NCBI RefSeq assembly: GCF_004010195.1
Contig: NC_057753.1
Location: 5,547,282-5,611,281 of the forward strand
Direction of reading: 5' to 3'
Origin: Chiloscyllium plagiosum
Taxonomy: Eukaryota
Length of the DNA stretch: 64,000 bases
A program made the position numbers and the translations under genes. Numbering within the stretch: position 1 is the first letter of the stretch; each line of letters opens with the position of its first letter. Positions 1-10,864 of this stretch are shown piece by piece. The notes below the pieces were generated by a model that was given only the letters and a program-made list of their open reading frames with translations, ran no database searches and was not told the DNA's origin.

Positions 1-1124
1 TATACTAAATGAAGCAACTTTGACAGGGCTTCCAGAGATAAACTACTGTCCGAGGGAAGAAATTCTTCTGCATGTACGAATAAATGTACAACACCGAATG
101 AGGTATATCTTCTTGTCTAAACTCCCCGACAAAATGACATAGCGTTTCTGATTCTACCCTGTCAAAGCACTTAAGAATCTCATATGTTTCAATAAATGCA
201 CATCTTATTTTCCTAAATTGCAATGCGCACATACCCAAACTGCGCAATCTCTCTTCAAAACTGTCCATCCATATTCCTTGTCAATCTTGTGAACCTTTTC
301 TTGATTACCTCGATGTCAGTACATCTTTTCTTAGGTAAGGGTCAGAAAACTGTCTGCAGTATTCCACCGATGGTCATAGAAGATAGAACCTCCGTAATAG
401 AAGACAGAGGAGGCTATTCAGCCCTTCAACTCCTCTCTTTCAATGTGATCGTAGCTAATCATCCAATTCAGCATGTTTTTCCCTACTTTGACCACTTTTG
501 TCCGAAGTCCTACTTGTACATCCTTCAAAATATTCAATGATTGGTCTCAACTGCTTTCTGTAGAACAGGATTCCACATGCTCCCCACTCTCTGGATGAAG
601 AGACTTCTCCTCATCACAGTCCTAAATGGCCTACATTGCATCTTTAGCCTGTGAACTCAGGTTCTGACTATTCAGTCATCAGGAATATCCTGCCTGCATT
701 TACATAGTCCTGTTGGAATTTTATAATTTTCGTGGGATCAGCCTCATTTTTAAACTCCGGTCAATAATCTTAACCTGTTTCCATTTACATTCCGCATTAC
801 TCCAGAACTTGGGATTCTACTTGTTGAAATTCACAAGTAAGATCGCCTAAGCCCCTTGTTCTGTAGATTTCTGCTGTCCTTCTCTATTTAAATTGCAGTC
901 AGACACTGTTTTCTTCGTTGCATAATTTCATACTTTCACATATTATGTTTTATTTGTGAGGTTTTTGTCTATTAATTCAGTTCTGTGTATCGTCCTCACT
1001 CCGTGCCTTCTTCTCAAGAAGCGTGATTTCATTCCAATTCAAGTTTGGTGAGGATCTTCCATCCCTGAGATATCCTACTGGTAACAATATTCCAATTCGA
1101 TTACATACTAAACACTTTTTGTTT

Positions 1125-1424
1125 CGATTACCTACAGTGTGGAAACAGGCCCTTCGGCCCAACAAGTCCACACTGATCCTCCGAAGAGCAACTCACCTAG
1201 ACACATTCCCCTACATTCACCCCTGACTAATGCACCTAACACTGTGGGCAATTTAGCATGACCAATTCACCTAACCTACACACCTTTGGACTGTGGGAGG
1301 AAACCGGAGCACCCGGAGAAAACCCACGCAGACACGTGGAGAATGTACAAATTCCACACAGACAGTTGTCCAAGGCAGGAATTGAACCCAGGTCCCTGGC
1401 GTTGTGAGGCAGCAGTGCTAACCA
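1125..1424 (-). mobile_element. HE1-like SINE
   Basis: Reverse complement of the same consensus. Confidence 0.85.
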
Positions 1425-1489
1425 GTCTTTCCCCATACCCAATCTGACATAGATTATGTGGCACAAGTATATACATTCATTATTGAATA

Positions 1490-1747
1490 TAGAAGGGTGG
1501 AAACAGGGCCTTCACTCCAACAAGCTCACACCGACCTTCTGAAGAGTAATCCACCCAGACTCATTCCCCTACATTGACCGCAGACTAATGCTCCTAGCCT
1601 ACACATCTCTGAATACAATGGCCAATTCACCTAACCTGCATGGGGAGAATGTGCAAACTCCACGCAGTCACGTGAGGTAGGAATCGAACCCGGGTCCCTG
1701 GCGCTGTGAGGCAACTGTGCTAACCACTGAGCCATCGTGCCACCCCG
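1490..1747 (-). mobile_element. HE1-like SINE with an internal deletion
   Basis: Head ..taaccactgagccatcgtgccaccc and tail ggaaacagggccttc. Confidence 0.8.
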
Positions 1748-2345
1748 GATGAGTGTCTCTATACATATCATTTTCTCGTCTTCTCCCTGTAAATCTGCAT
1801 ATTGTTATTTTCAACATGATCACCGAATTCCCTTTTGTGTCCATTGGATCTACCTCATTGTCACTAAATCACAGAACGTTATGTGTTATTATTCCATGTT
1901 AAATTAAGGTTATGATGTATCTAGGGACCAGTAGAATTGTTTTGGAACACAGACGAAATGTGAGATCCAGGTGCTTAATGCCACATGCTTCCATGATGTT
2001 GGTCAAACATTAAATGTTGCTCTACAATGTGAGACCAGTAATAATCCACTGCATACATATACGTATAATTACACGTGCAACATGCATTCTAGTACACAGA
2101 ATCAAACCTGAGTTAAATATGGATCATGGACAAGCTGTTTTAGCATGCCACAGAGCAATTTCAAATCAGCAATACTGTAAAGAAAGAGACAGTCGTATAG
2201 TGGCAATGTCACTAGACAATTAATCCAGAATCCCAGACTGTTGTAATGGGGATATCAGTCCAAACGGATAGCGAAGGTAAAATTCCATTTCTAAAAATCT
2301 GGAATAAATAAAGACTGAACTAATAATGATAAATATATAGGCAAA

Positions 2346-2521
2346 GGGGCCGGTGTTGGACTGGGGTGGAGAAAGTTAAAAGTCATACACACCAGGTTAT
2401 AGTCCAACAGGTTTATTTGGAAGCACGAGCAGTAGCTACCTGTTGAAGGAGCAGCACTCCGAAAGTATGCACTTCTAAACAAACCTGTTGGATTATAAAT
2501 TGGCGTTGTATGATTTTTAAC
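2346..2521. mobile_element. PLE family 3 fold-back insertion with a decayed hammerhead
   Basis: ccaggttatagtccaacaggtttatttggaag is inverted relative to cttctaaacaaacctgttggattataa; decayed core ctgttgaaggagcagcactccgaaag. Absent from the paralogous site near 22970. Confidence 0.7.
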
Positions 2522-2929
2522 AATATCGTTATAATCATTGTCAATTATTGTGAAAACGCATCTAGGTCACCACTTGGTTCATACTCTTCCATGGTGTAAA
2601 TCTGTCATTCTTACTTGTTCTGACCTACAGCCATGTGGTTGATCTTTAATTGCCGATTTGAAATGGCATAACAAGCAAATAGATTCGAGGGCATGTTCGG
2701 ATAATCCTCAATTTCATTTTCCTGCCCTTTCACTATCACCCTTAATTTCATAATAATTAAAAGTTTATCTCAGTCTTGAATATTCCTAACGACTCAACCT
2801 TGACTGTGCCATTCATAATTCCTCAGATTCTGAAACTGTCCATGTTCAAATACAAATGGACCTGCACAATATCCCATTTCTGTGCTGACAACTGGCAGGC
2901 AATATTTGTACCATACAAATGCCAGTAGT

Positions 2930-3232
2930 TATGGCACAGTGGTTACCACTGCTGCCTCACAGCGCCTGAGACCCGGGTTCAATTCCCGCCTCAGGCGACT
3001 GACTGTGTGGAGTTTGCACGTTCTCCCCGTGTCTGCGTGGGTTTCCTCCGGGTGCTCTGGTTTCCTCCCACAGTCCAAAAGATGTGCAGGGTCAGGTGAA
3101 TTGGCCATGCTAAATTGCCCGTAGTGTTAGGTAAGGGGTAAATGTAGGGGTATGGGTGGGTTTCGCTTCGGCGGGTCGGTGTGGACTTGTTGGGCCGAAG
3201 GGCCTGTTTCCACACTGTAATGTAATCTAAAA
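2930..3232 (+). mobile_element. HE1-like tRNA-derived SINE
   Basis: A box tggcacagtgg, B box ggttcaattcc, central tgtgtggagtttgcacgttctccccgtgtctgcgtgggtttcctcc, CR1-like tail gggccgaagggcctgtttcc. Confidence 0.9.
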
Positions 3233-6200
3233 AAAAACTTAACCATCACCTTTTGACATTCAATTATATTAACATCTCCTATTCTCAACATCTTGGGGAT
3301 TACCATGGACCAGAAGGCGAACTGGAGTAGCCACATCAAAACAAAGTACAAGAGCAGATTAGACACTAGGAATACCGTAGTGAGTAATTCAGATCCTGAC
3401 TCCACCAAATCATCTCTATCATCTACAAGGCACAGTTCAGGAGCGTGATGGAATATTCTCTTCTTTCCTTGATGAGTACAACTCCAGGAATGGGATCTGG
3501 AAACCCTCCCAGGTAAGACAGGCTGCTTGTTTAGCAAAATATCCACAAACAATCACTCTCTCCACCACTGTTGCTCGGTATGAACAGTGTCCACTATCTG
3601 CAGGATGCTAGCACAAATTAACCAAGGCTCTTTGACAGCACCTTCCACCCCACGCCGACCACCAATAATAGAGAAAAAGGCTGTAGACGTTGCTGAAATA
3701 AATAGCGACAAGCAACAACTTCTTATCAATAGTAGGTGTATGCGAGTCTGGATTGCACCTTTGGGGGAATAAAAAAGCTGGTTCAGGTGCGATGCAATAG
3801 CATAAGCCAAAATGGTTCCTAAGGTAGTATAATTAAATTGTAAGACCTAGTTTCATTTACTTCACTAAAAAATCGTGATCTAATTGTGTTATTTAAAGAA
3901 TTTGAAGGAGAAACACGCCAGCTGCAACAAATATATCCTTTGCGGCAGCCAACACAACAGTAAAGTCGACCAAAAACCATTCAAGGATGATTTCTTCAAG
4001 CATTTAGTTGCTCAAAAAACGCCGATATTATGTAGCTGTCTCCCTATAAAAGCTATTTAGAATGGTGTGAACTGAAAATAAATTCGATATATTTTGTTGC
4101 CTAATGTTGATAAGGGACAAGCATGTAGAATTGTTGGCTGTAGTTGCATTGAAGATCTGCCTTATTGTAGGAATCTTGGGGCATGCTGGAAAGGCTGCAT
4201 TATCTACTTCAACTTATCTATTCATTTGTGTGACAGGATCAATGTAGAAGACGTACAGAGGATCCTCTTACAATGCTGGGCCTTTCCAAAGTTGAAGTTT
4301 ATAGACCGGTGATACATAGGATGGTTGAATGAATACAAAGACTTGTTCATCATTGTTACATGTATCGAATGTGTGGCAAGAGACAATGACAGATATGAAC
4401 CTTACTACAATGCCCATGGTGTTATTTTTTATATAATACAGGCGAGAAACTGGAGAAATGAATCTAACTCGCATAAAGGTATTGTTGACATGATTTTGGA
4501 AATTTGCTTATTGAATGTATTGGATATTGCATCAGAGTCTTTAACTGATCCCTGAATTTACTTTGAGTAACTGCATAAATAAATGTATTTGTGCAGCAAC
4601 TCAACAGCTGAAGCATATTTGCACTTTCTGTGAGAATAAACCTGGGGTCACTGAAACCTTGGACTTTATAATCATTTGTAATTCGCTCATATAAGAACTG
4701 TACGACATATGTCAATGACAAAAGAATGAAGGTGCCTGAGATGGTGAAGAGTAAGACAATGGACTTCCTCCTGCTATCCATTTCTGGATCATTGTAACTC
4801 TCTTCGTTGTTATGCACCCGGAGTCTTCTACGGGCTCTACTGGTCACTAGAATGTATCTTACGGTCAGTGCATTCAGCAAAATAATCAGTAGGAATGGGA
4901 GGCATGGCGTTAAAAGATGATCAATCCAATCAAAAGCTGTCCAGGCAGGAGACGTATAGCGGATATTTTTGATCCTGCAGTACCAAGGCACATTGTCAAT
5001 TGTGTAGATGGGTTCATGTATAAAATACCATGGGATATTAGCTAAACATCCCAGTGTACATGCAAATCCTATGACGATGGCTGCTGTTTCCTTGGTGCAA
5101 TATTTTGTTTTCAGCTTCTGGCAACAAATAGCCACAAACCTATCGAAGGTGAAAGTGACGGTCAACCAGACAGAACTGACTTTGGCTGCATAAATTAATG
5201 CAATGTTGACGCTGCATATCGGAGTGATGGAAAGGAAACTACCTGGAAAATAAATACCAGGAATTCTGTTCAATATCACAGCAGTGATAATGACCAGCAG
5301 ATCTGTCACTGCCATGGACGCTAGATATCGAGTAACACACCTGGATAGACCACATCTTCCTCGTGTCAGGATCAATATCGTCACTAAATTAACTGTAAAA
5401 GAGAGGGGAAATGGCATTCAGTTGCAAGTACACATGGCAATGTGCTGTAAATTCAGCAGTTGTTTGAAGCAAAGAAAACCGATATAATCATTCAAGACAA
5501 AGGTAAGTTGAACAGAAATCCTTAGATGAGTGAAATACAATGTAAAAATCAGAAAGCACCAAAGTCCATTGAAAGTTTTAAAGATTCAGAGATGAAGTGA
5601 TGAATAAAACATATAAACAGCAAAAACATCAGAATTGAAGAGATTACATGCATCTGATTCTAAGATCAAATGCAACAAATTATAAGATAACAAAAGAACA
5701 AAAAAGGCCATTCTGCCCGTCGAGGCTATTTTACCATGCAATAAAAATATGACTGATATGTGGTGCAACTCCATATACTTGTCCTTGTCCCATATCCCTT
5801 CGTACTTTTGCTAAACAAAAATAAATCCCACGTTTCAAATTAGCAAGTGACCCAGCATCCACTGCTGTGTCTGGCAGAGCGTTTCAAACATCTACTAAAC
5901 TTTGTGTATAGAAGTACTTTCTAATATATTTCTGAAACCGTTTGGCCCCAATGCTCAGATTATGCTGTACAGCTTGAGAACTGTCAAATCGTGGAAATAG
6001 TTTCTCATTAACTACACCGCCTGTTCCTGTTGATATCTTGAACAATTTATTCATCACACTAAATTGTATAGAAAACACGCCTAATTCGTATAATCTCCCT
6101 TCCTTACGTACTACCCTGAAGTCATAATATCAACCTTGTAAACCGCGATTATACTCCTCTCAAAGCGAATGCATTCTTTCTGAGATGTGGTGCCCAGATT

Positions 6201-6499
6201 TGCTGAAGGTACTCCATGTGACCTCTAACCAAGGTTTTGTATAACTGCAACATCTGTTGTCTTGCACTCTAGTCCACCAGATATAAGGATCAGCATTCAT
6301 TTAGCTTTCTTGCTTATTTTCTGCACATGTTTAGATAATTTCTAAGATCTATGCAGTTATACGCCAAAATCTCTTTGGACTTCCATTGCATTCAACTTCC
6401 TGCTATATGGAAAGTGCCCTGATCTCTAATTTTGTGGTCCAAAATTGATAACCTTATATTTATGTTCAACTATTATAACTTTGCCAGTCCACGTAGTCT

Positions 6500-6583
6500 G
6501 AAGAAGGGCTTATGCCCGAAACGTCGATTCTCCTGTTCCATGGATGCTGCCTGACCTGCTGCGCTTTTCCAGCAACACATTTT
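6500..6583 (+). mobile_element. 84-bp PLE family 1 insertion beginning at the hammerhead core
   Basis: Perfect 15-bp TSD cagtccacgtagtct at 6485-6499 and 6584-6598; sequence (ct)gaagaagggcttatgcccgaaacgtc. Confidence 0.85.
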
Positions 6584-7775
6584 CAGTCCACGTAGTCTAT
6601 CAATATACCTTATTATCTTATGTTACAATCTACACTGTCTACAATGCCATCAAACGTTGGGTCAACAGCAAATTTGGATTATTGACTTTCCATTCCATTT
6701 TCCAAGTTGTTAATGAAAAAACCGAATAATTGAGACCTGGCCAATTTAAGCAACTGCACATTATTGTGTATTTCTATCGCCTACCACTGAATTGATTTCC
6801 CAGGCACGTCCACAATTTGCCCTCAATTAGTGCGTTAACAGTCTCTTGTGTGGGACTTTATTAACTGCCTTCTGGACGCACCATAACAAAAATCCATGGA
6901 TATTTCCTGCCCAATACCTTGGTCACCTCTTCAAAAGATTTATTGAAGTTTGTCACGCATGATGACTGGAATGCTTGCTGGCTTTCTTTTATTAACCAAA
7001 AAGTTTCTAGGTGTCCATTCATCTCCTCTTTGATTATAGAGTCTTACAATTTCTCCAGCACTGATATCTGCCAACTCGCCTGTAATTCCCTGGTTTTCTT
7101 TAATCATTTTACCCAATAGCAGGTTTTCCCAGTTTTCTGTGGACAGTTTCTGACTCATCTTCTTAAAATCGGCCTTACTTAAACCTGAAATTCTTGTAGC
7201 TACGTTTGTGAGACTGATTCAATGCAGGTCTCAATGAATGCAAAGGGGTGCAAGAGTGAATTGCCCAATTCACCTCTTATTTTGGCATTGATGCATTCTG
7301 ACTGAATTATCGGTTTATGTTTCATGGGGGAACTACAAGCCTCTTCATTCAGTTTCCCATCAATGGTCCCTAAAGTTCGTCGAGTAAGATCTAAAAGACC
7401 GAATGTACACTCGTACAACAGATAATTCTTAGAATGAGAAGGCCAAATTTTGCCACGGGAACTGTAATCATTCAAATGAAGTAGAAGTGTGAGTCAAAGA
7501 GCATTCAAGATTACCAAGAAATAGATGCATGGCGTCACAATTCTGACTAGGAATGGTTAACATGCAGATTAGAATTGCAGGCATCCCAGCATTCAAATGT
7601 GTGCACTGGCTCAAGAAGGCAGATCAATTTTATCTGCTGGGCAATTAGAAATGGGCAATAAGTTTTGGCCAGGAAAGCATTCTGTCGTCCCATAAACGAA
7701 TGCATATAAAAATAATTTCTGGATTAGTGGTGCTGGAAGAGCACAGCAGTTCAGGCAGCATCGGAGGAGCACTAA

Positions 7776-7812
7776 AATCGACGTTTCGGGAAAAAAGCCC
7801 TTCATCAGGAAT
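7776..7812 (-). ncRNA. Minimal hammerhead ribozyme motif (PLE family 1), sense to the GPCR copy A pre-mRNA
   Basis: Reverse complement reads ATTC-CTGATGA-aGGGcttttttCCC-GAAAC-GTC-GATT. Confidence 0.7.
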
Positions 7813-7817
7813 ACTGT

Positions 7818-7853
7818 ATTCCTGATGAAGGGCTTTTGCCCGAAACGTCGATT
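7818..7853 (+). ncRNA. Minimal hammerhead ribozyme motif (PLE family 1)
   Basis: ATTC-CTGATGA-aGGGCttttGCCC-GAAAC-GTC-GATT. Core intact; helix I is short and weak. Confidence 0.75.
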
Positions 7854-9766
7854 TTACTGCTCCTCGGATGCTGCCTGAACTGCTGTGCTCTTCCAGCACC
7901 ACTAATCCAGAATCTGGTTTCCAGCATCTGCAGTCATTGTTTTTACCGAGCATATAAAAATAAAATTGAATTATGATTGGATGATTGACCAAAACTGAGC
8001 AGGCTGTTCTTTGGGGACAGAATGAGCTGAAATTTAAAGGGAGAACCAATGGCTAGACTGAATGTTTAATTCTGCAAACGAGGCTGCAGACAAGAGTGAA
8101 AATTGAAAACATCAAGGAGGTGCATTGTTTTCAGGATCTGAAAGTTATGCAACGAAGGGAGTTTGCGGTGGAGAACCTGAGAGATTCTTTACTGGTAAGG
8201 GTTGCGAGACAAACTGAAGAGATGTAATCAGAACTCGGATCCAATCGTCCGGAAAATGGAAGTCAATGTTTCGTTTTAATTACCAAGTATGATCAATTAG
8301 GCTTTGAGATAAAACTTAACTTCAGTCTGTTCAGTTCTTAAACCCAATCGCATTTCATTGCTTACTTCCATTGACCGGCTGTGAACTTAAAACAAATCAC
8401 CAAAATAATTGGGGATCAAATCATTTGATAAGTTCAGCGAAGAATGACCCAGTTTTGGAATGATGCCAGCTCATTGAATTCCTTCCAAAATCCAGTAGTG
8501 TATCAATAACATGGGAAAAGAACAAGTGCATTCAGGTCGTACAGTTATTACCATTGATTGATGTTATTTTTCCCTTCTACCATTCGCAAAGCAAGGTTAT
8601 GTTCAATTCGAAGAGAGCAATGAACAACACCTTCTTTCGACTTCATCTGTTCAAATTATCTGAAGCCTTGTCATTCACCTGGTGAAATGCTGAGCAGAAT
8701 TTTTGAATTTTCTATGGTAGTAGCCCGGCAAGAGTTCTCTGTTTCTTTCAGGGAGCTAACACCATTAAATATATTCAAATGAGATCGAGACATGGAGTCT
8801 GCAACACCATTTGGTTAACTCATGACTGACGTGCATTCCACCAGTATTCACCTGTTTTAATCCCATCAAGTCTTTAGCTATAGAGATGCTTTCAAAGCGT
8901 ATCCATGATTTTAGTCAACCTCTTCTAAGGCGGGGGGTGGTGGCAACGATTCCAAATTTTACTGAACCACTGTTTGAAGCATTGCTTCTTGACAATATCT
9001 CAAATTTAAGTCTAATTTTACGATCTGTCTCTTTTCTCTGGACTCCCTCAATACAGGGCAAAACAAATCCTTGGATGAAGCCTCGATTATTTAATAACGT
9101 AAACGCTTCTCAATCTTCAGTCAGAGCTACATAAAACTCATTATGCAATCCTTGTGAGGATTGGGAACTCAGTTCTGAATACCGAGATTGGACCATCGTC
9201 TAACCAGAACACTGAATTTATATTCCTATTTTTTTTAAAAAAACTGCTTAATTCAAGTAAATCATATATAATTTCCAAGGGTACTTTACCTGGGACGCAA
9301 TAACTGCAAGTGACGTGTAGTAAATGGCATAGATGAGACCTCTGGGTGGTGAATGCATTTTTTCCGAGGTGTTTGTGATGTATGTTGAGGATTCACATTT
9401 GCTCTGTTTGACTTTCAAAGGAACTATTATTATAGTTGACTTTTAACCCCCAGAGGTTTAATTAAAAGTTTTCACCATTGATTTTAGTTACAATACTTAG
9501 GAGATAATATATCAGGGGACTTTGTCACCTATATTGGATGGAATGACTAACCTAACAGTTCGTGTTAAATCATCAGCACTCAGTCAACCAACTTGGTCAT
9601 ATACCACCTAGTTCACAAGTAACAGCAGGTCTTGTATTCTTTTTGTACTGTTTTTAATCACGTGCAATAATAAGTACGTTCTCTCTCTGCGCTTGCTGTC
9701 AGGTCGGGATCGCTTAGCTCAGTTGCCTGGGTGGCTAGCTTGCAAAACAGAGTAATATGAACAGCG

Positions 9767-9961
9767 AGGAGAAAGTGAGGACTGCAGGTACTGGAGTACC
9801 AGAGTTGAAAAATATGGTGCTGGAAAAACACAGAAGGCCAGGCAGCATCCGAGGAGCAGGAGAATCGATGTTTCGGGCATAAGCCCTTCTTCAGGAACTT
9901 TCCTGCGCCTCGGATGCTGCCTGGCCCGCTGTGTTTTTCCAGCACCACATTTTTCAACCCC
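9767..9961. mobile_element. PLE family 1 insertion, partial fold-back
   Basis: Inverted arms; TSD taat(a/g)tgaacagcg at 9753-9766 and 9962-9975. The hammerhead on the minus strand is mutated (GAAACATC). Confidence 0.85.
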
Positions 9962-10139
9962 TAATGTGAACAGCGGGCGGTTGAGGATCATGCAGCAGGA
10001 ACACAATTTCAGCCTGGGCATGGTCCTCCAGGGTCACGCTGAGAGTGACAAATGCCGCTGTGCTGTCTTATTTCTCTTCACTGACAGCAAAGTCCCCGTG
10101 AAAATCATTCGTTACGTGGGTAAGAAAATTATCCTCTCC

Positions 10140-10850
10140 ACCACAGTTCAGATCCCATAGACAGGTAAGAGACACTCTAACCACTACCGCTTGACATTCA
10201 ACAGTATTATCACCACTGAATCCCTCGCCGTCAACAGCCTTGAGTTTGACCAGAAACTGAACTGAATTCACCGCTTAAACACAACGGCTACAAGAGCAGG
10301 TCAGATACAAGGGATACTGCAACGAGTAGCTCATCTCCTGATATCCCAAGGTCTGTTCACCAGCTACAAGGCACAAGTCAGGAGTGTGAGCGAATACTCC
10401 CCACTTGCCCGGATGGTTGCAGCTCCAACAACACTCAAAAACTTGACACCATTCAGGACAAACCTTTCCACTTGATTGGCACCACATCTACAAGCATTCA
10501 ATCCGTCCACCACCGGCGCTCAGTAGCAGCAGTTTGTATTATCTACAAGATGCACTGCAGAAATTCACCAAGGATCCTGAGACAGCACCTTCCAAACCAA
10601 CGGCCACTTCCATCGAGAAGGTCAATGGCAGCAGGTACTTGGAAACACCACCATCTGCAAGTTCCCTTCCAAGCCACTCACCACTCTGACTTGGAAACAT
10701 ACCACCATTCCTTCACAGTCGTTATGTCAAAATCCTGGAATTCCCTCCCTACTGGCATTGTGGCTCAACCCACAGCAAGTGGACTGCAGTGATACAAGAA
10801 AGCAGCTCAGCACCACCTTCTCAAGGGCAAATGGGGAAGATCCATAAATG
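10140..10850 (+). mobile_element. Second CR1/L2-clade LINE family, 3' fragment (related pieces at ~3240-3670, 23270-23820, 33800-34770)
   Basis: YKAQVR..EYSP-type DNA (ctacaaggcacaagtcaggagtgtg) and peptide HHRRSVAAVCIIYKMHC..WNSLP. Confidence 0.75.
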
Positions 10851-10864
10851 CTCGAGCTGGACTT

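Larger units (their letters stand above)
7716..7949. mobile_element. Penelope-like terminal insertion, family 1; fold-back hairpin
   Basis: 7717-7814 is a near-perfect reverse complement of 7816-7912. 14-bp TSD gcatataaaaataa at 7702-7715 and 7950-7963. Confidence 0.88.
4464..9358 (-). pseudogene. GPR139-like GPCR, copy A; exon 1 9358-9290, exon 2 5392-4464; apparently frameshifted (or an assembly error)
   Basis: Exon 1 is 69 nt (ATTGCGTCCCAG|gt vs ATTGCTGTCCCAG|gt in copy B), so splicing gives TTA ATT TAG, a stop. Exon 2 is still fully open, with about 40 differences over 297 aa from copy B (manual count). Confidence 0.75.
1..9590. repeat. Segmental duplication unit A (begins before the window)
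   Basis: Colinear similarity to unit B: 1-990 ~ 15300-16142; 990-1110 ~ 22314-22445; 1900-6360 ~ 22570-26610; 9150-9590 ~ 26740-27160. Confidence 0.9.

Noticed and set aside
2930..3000. tRNA gene (A and B boxes)
   Set aside because: It is the tRNA-derived head of a SINE and continues into SINE body and tail; no full cloverleaf.
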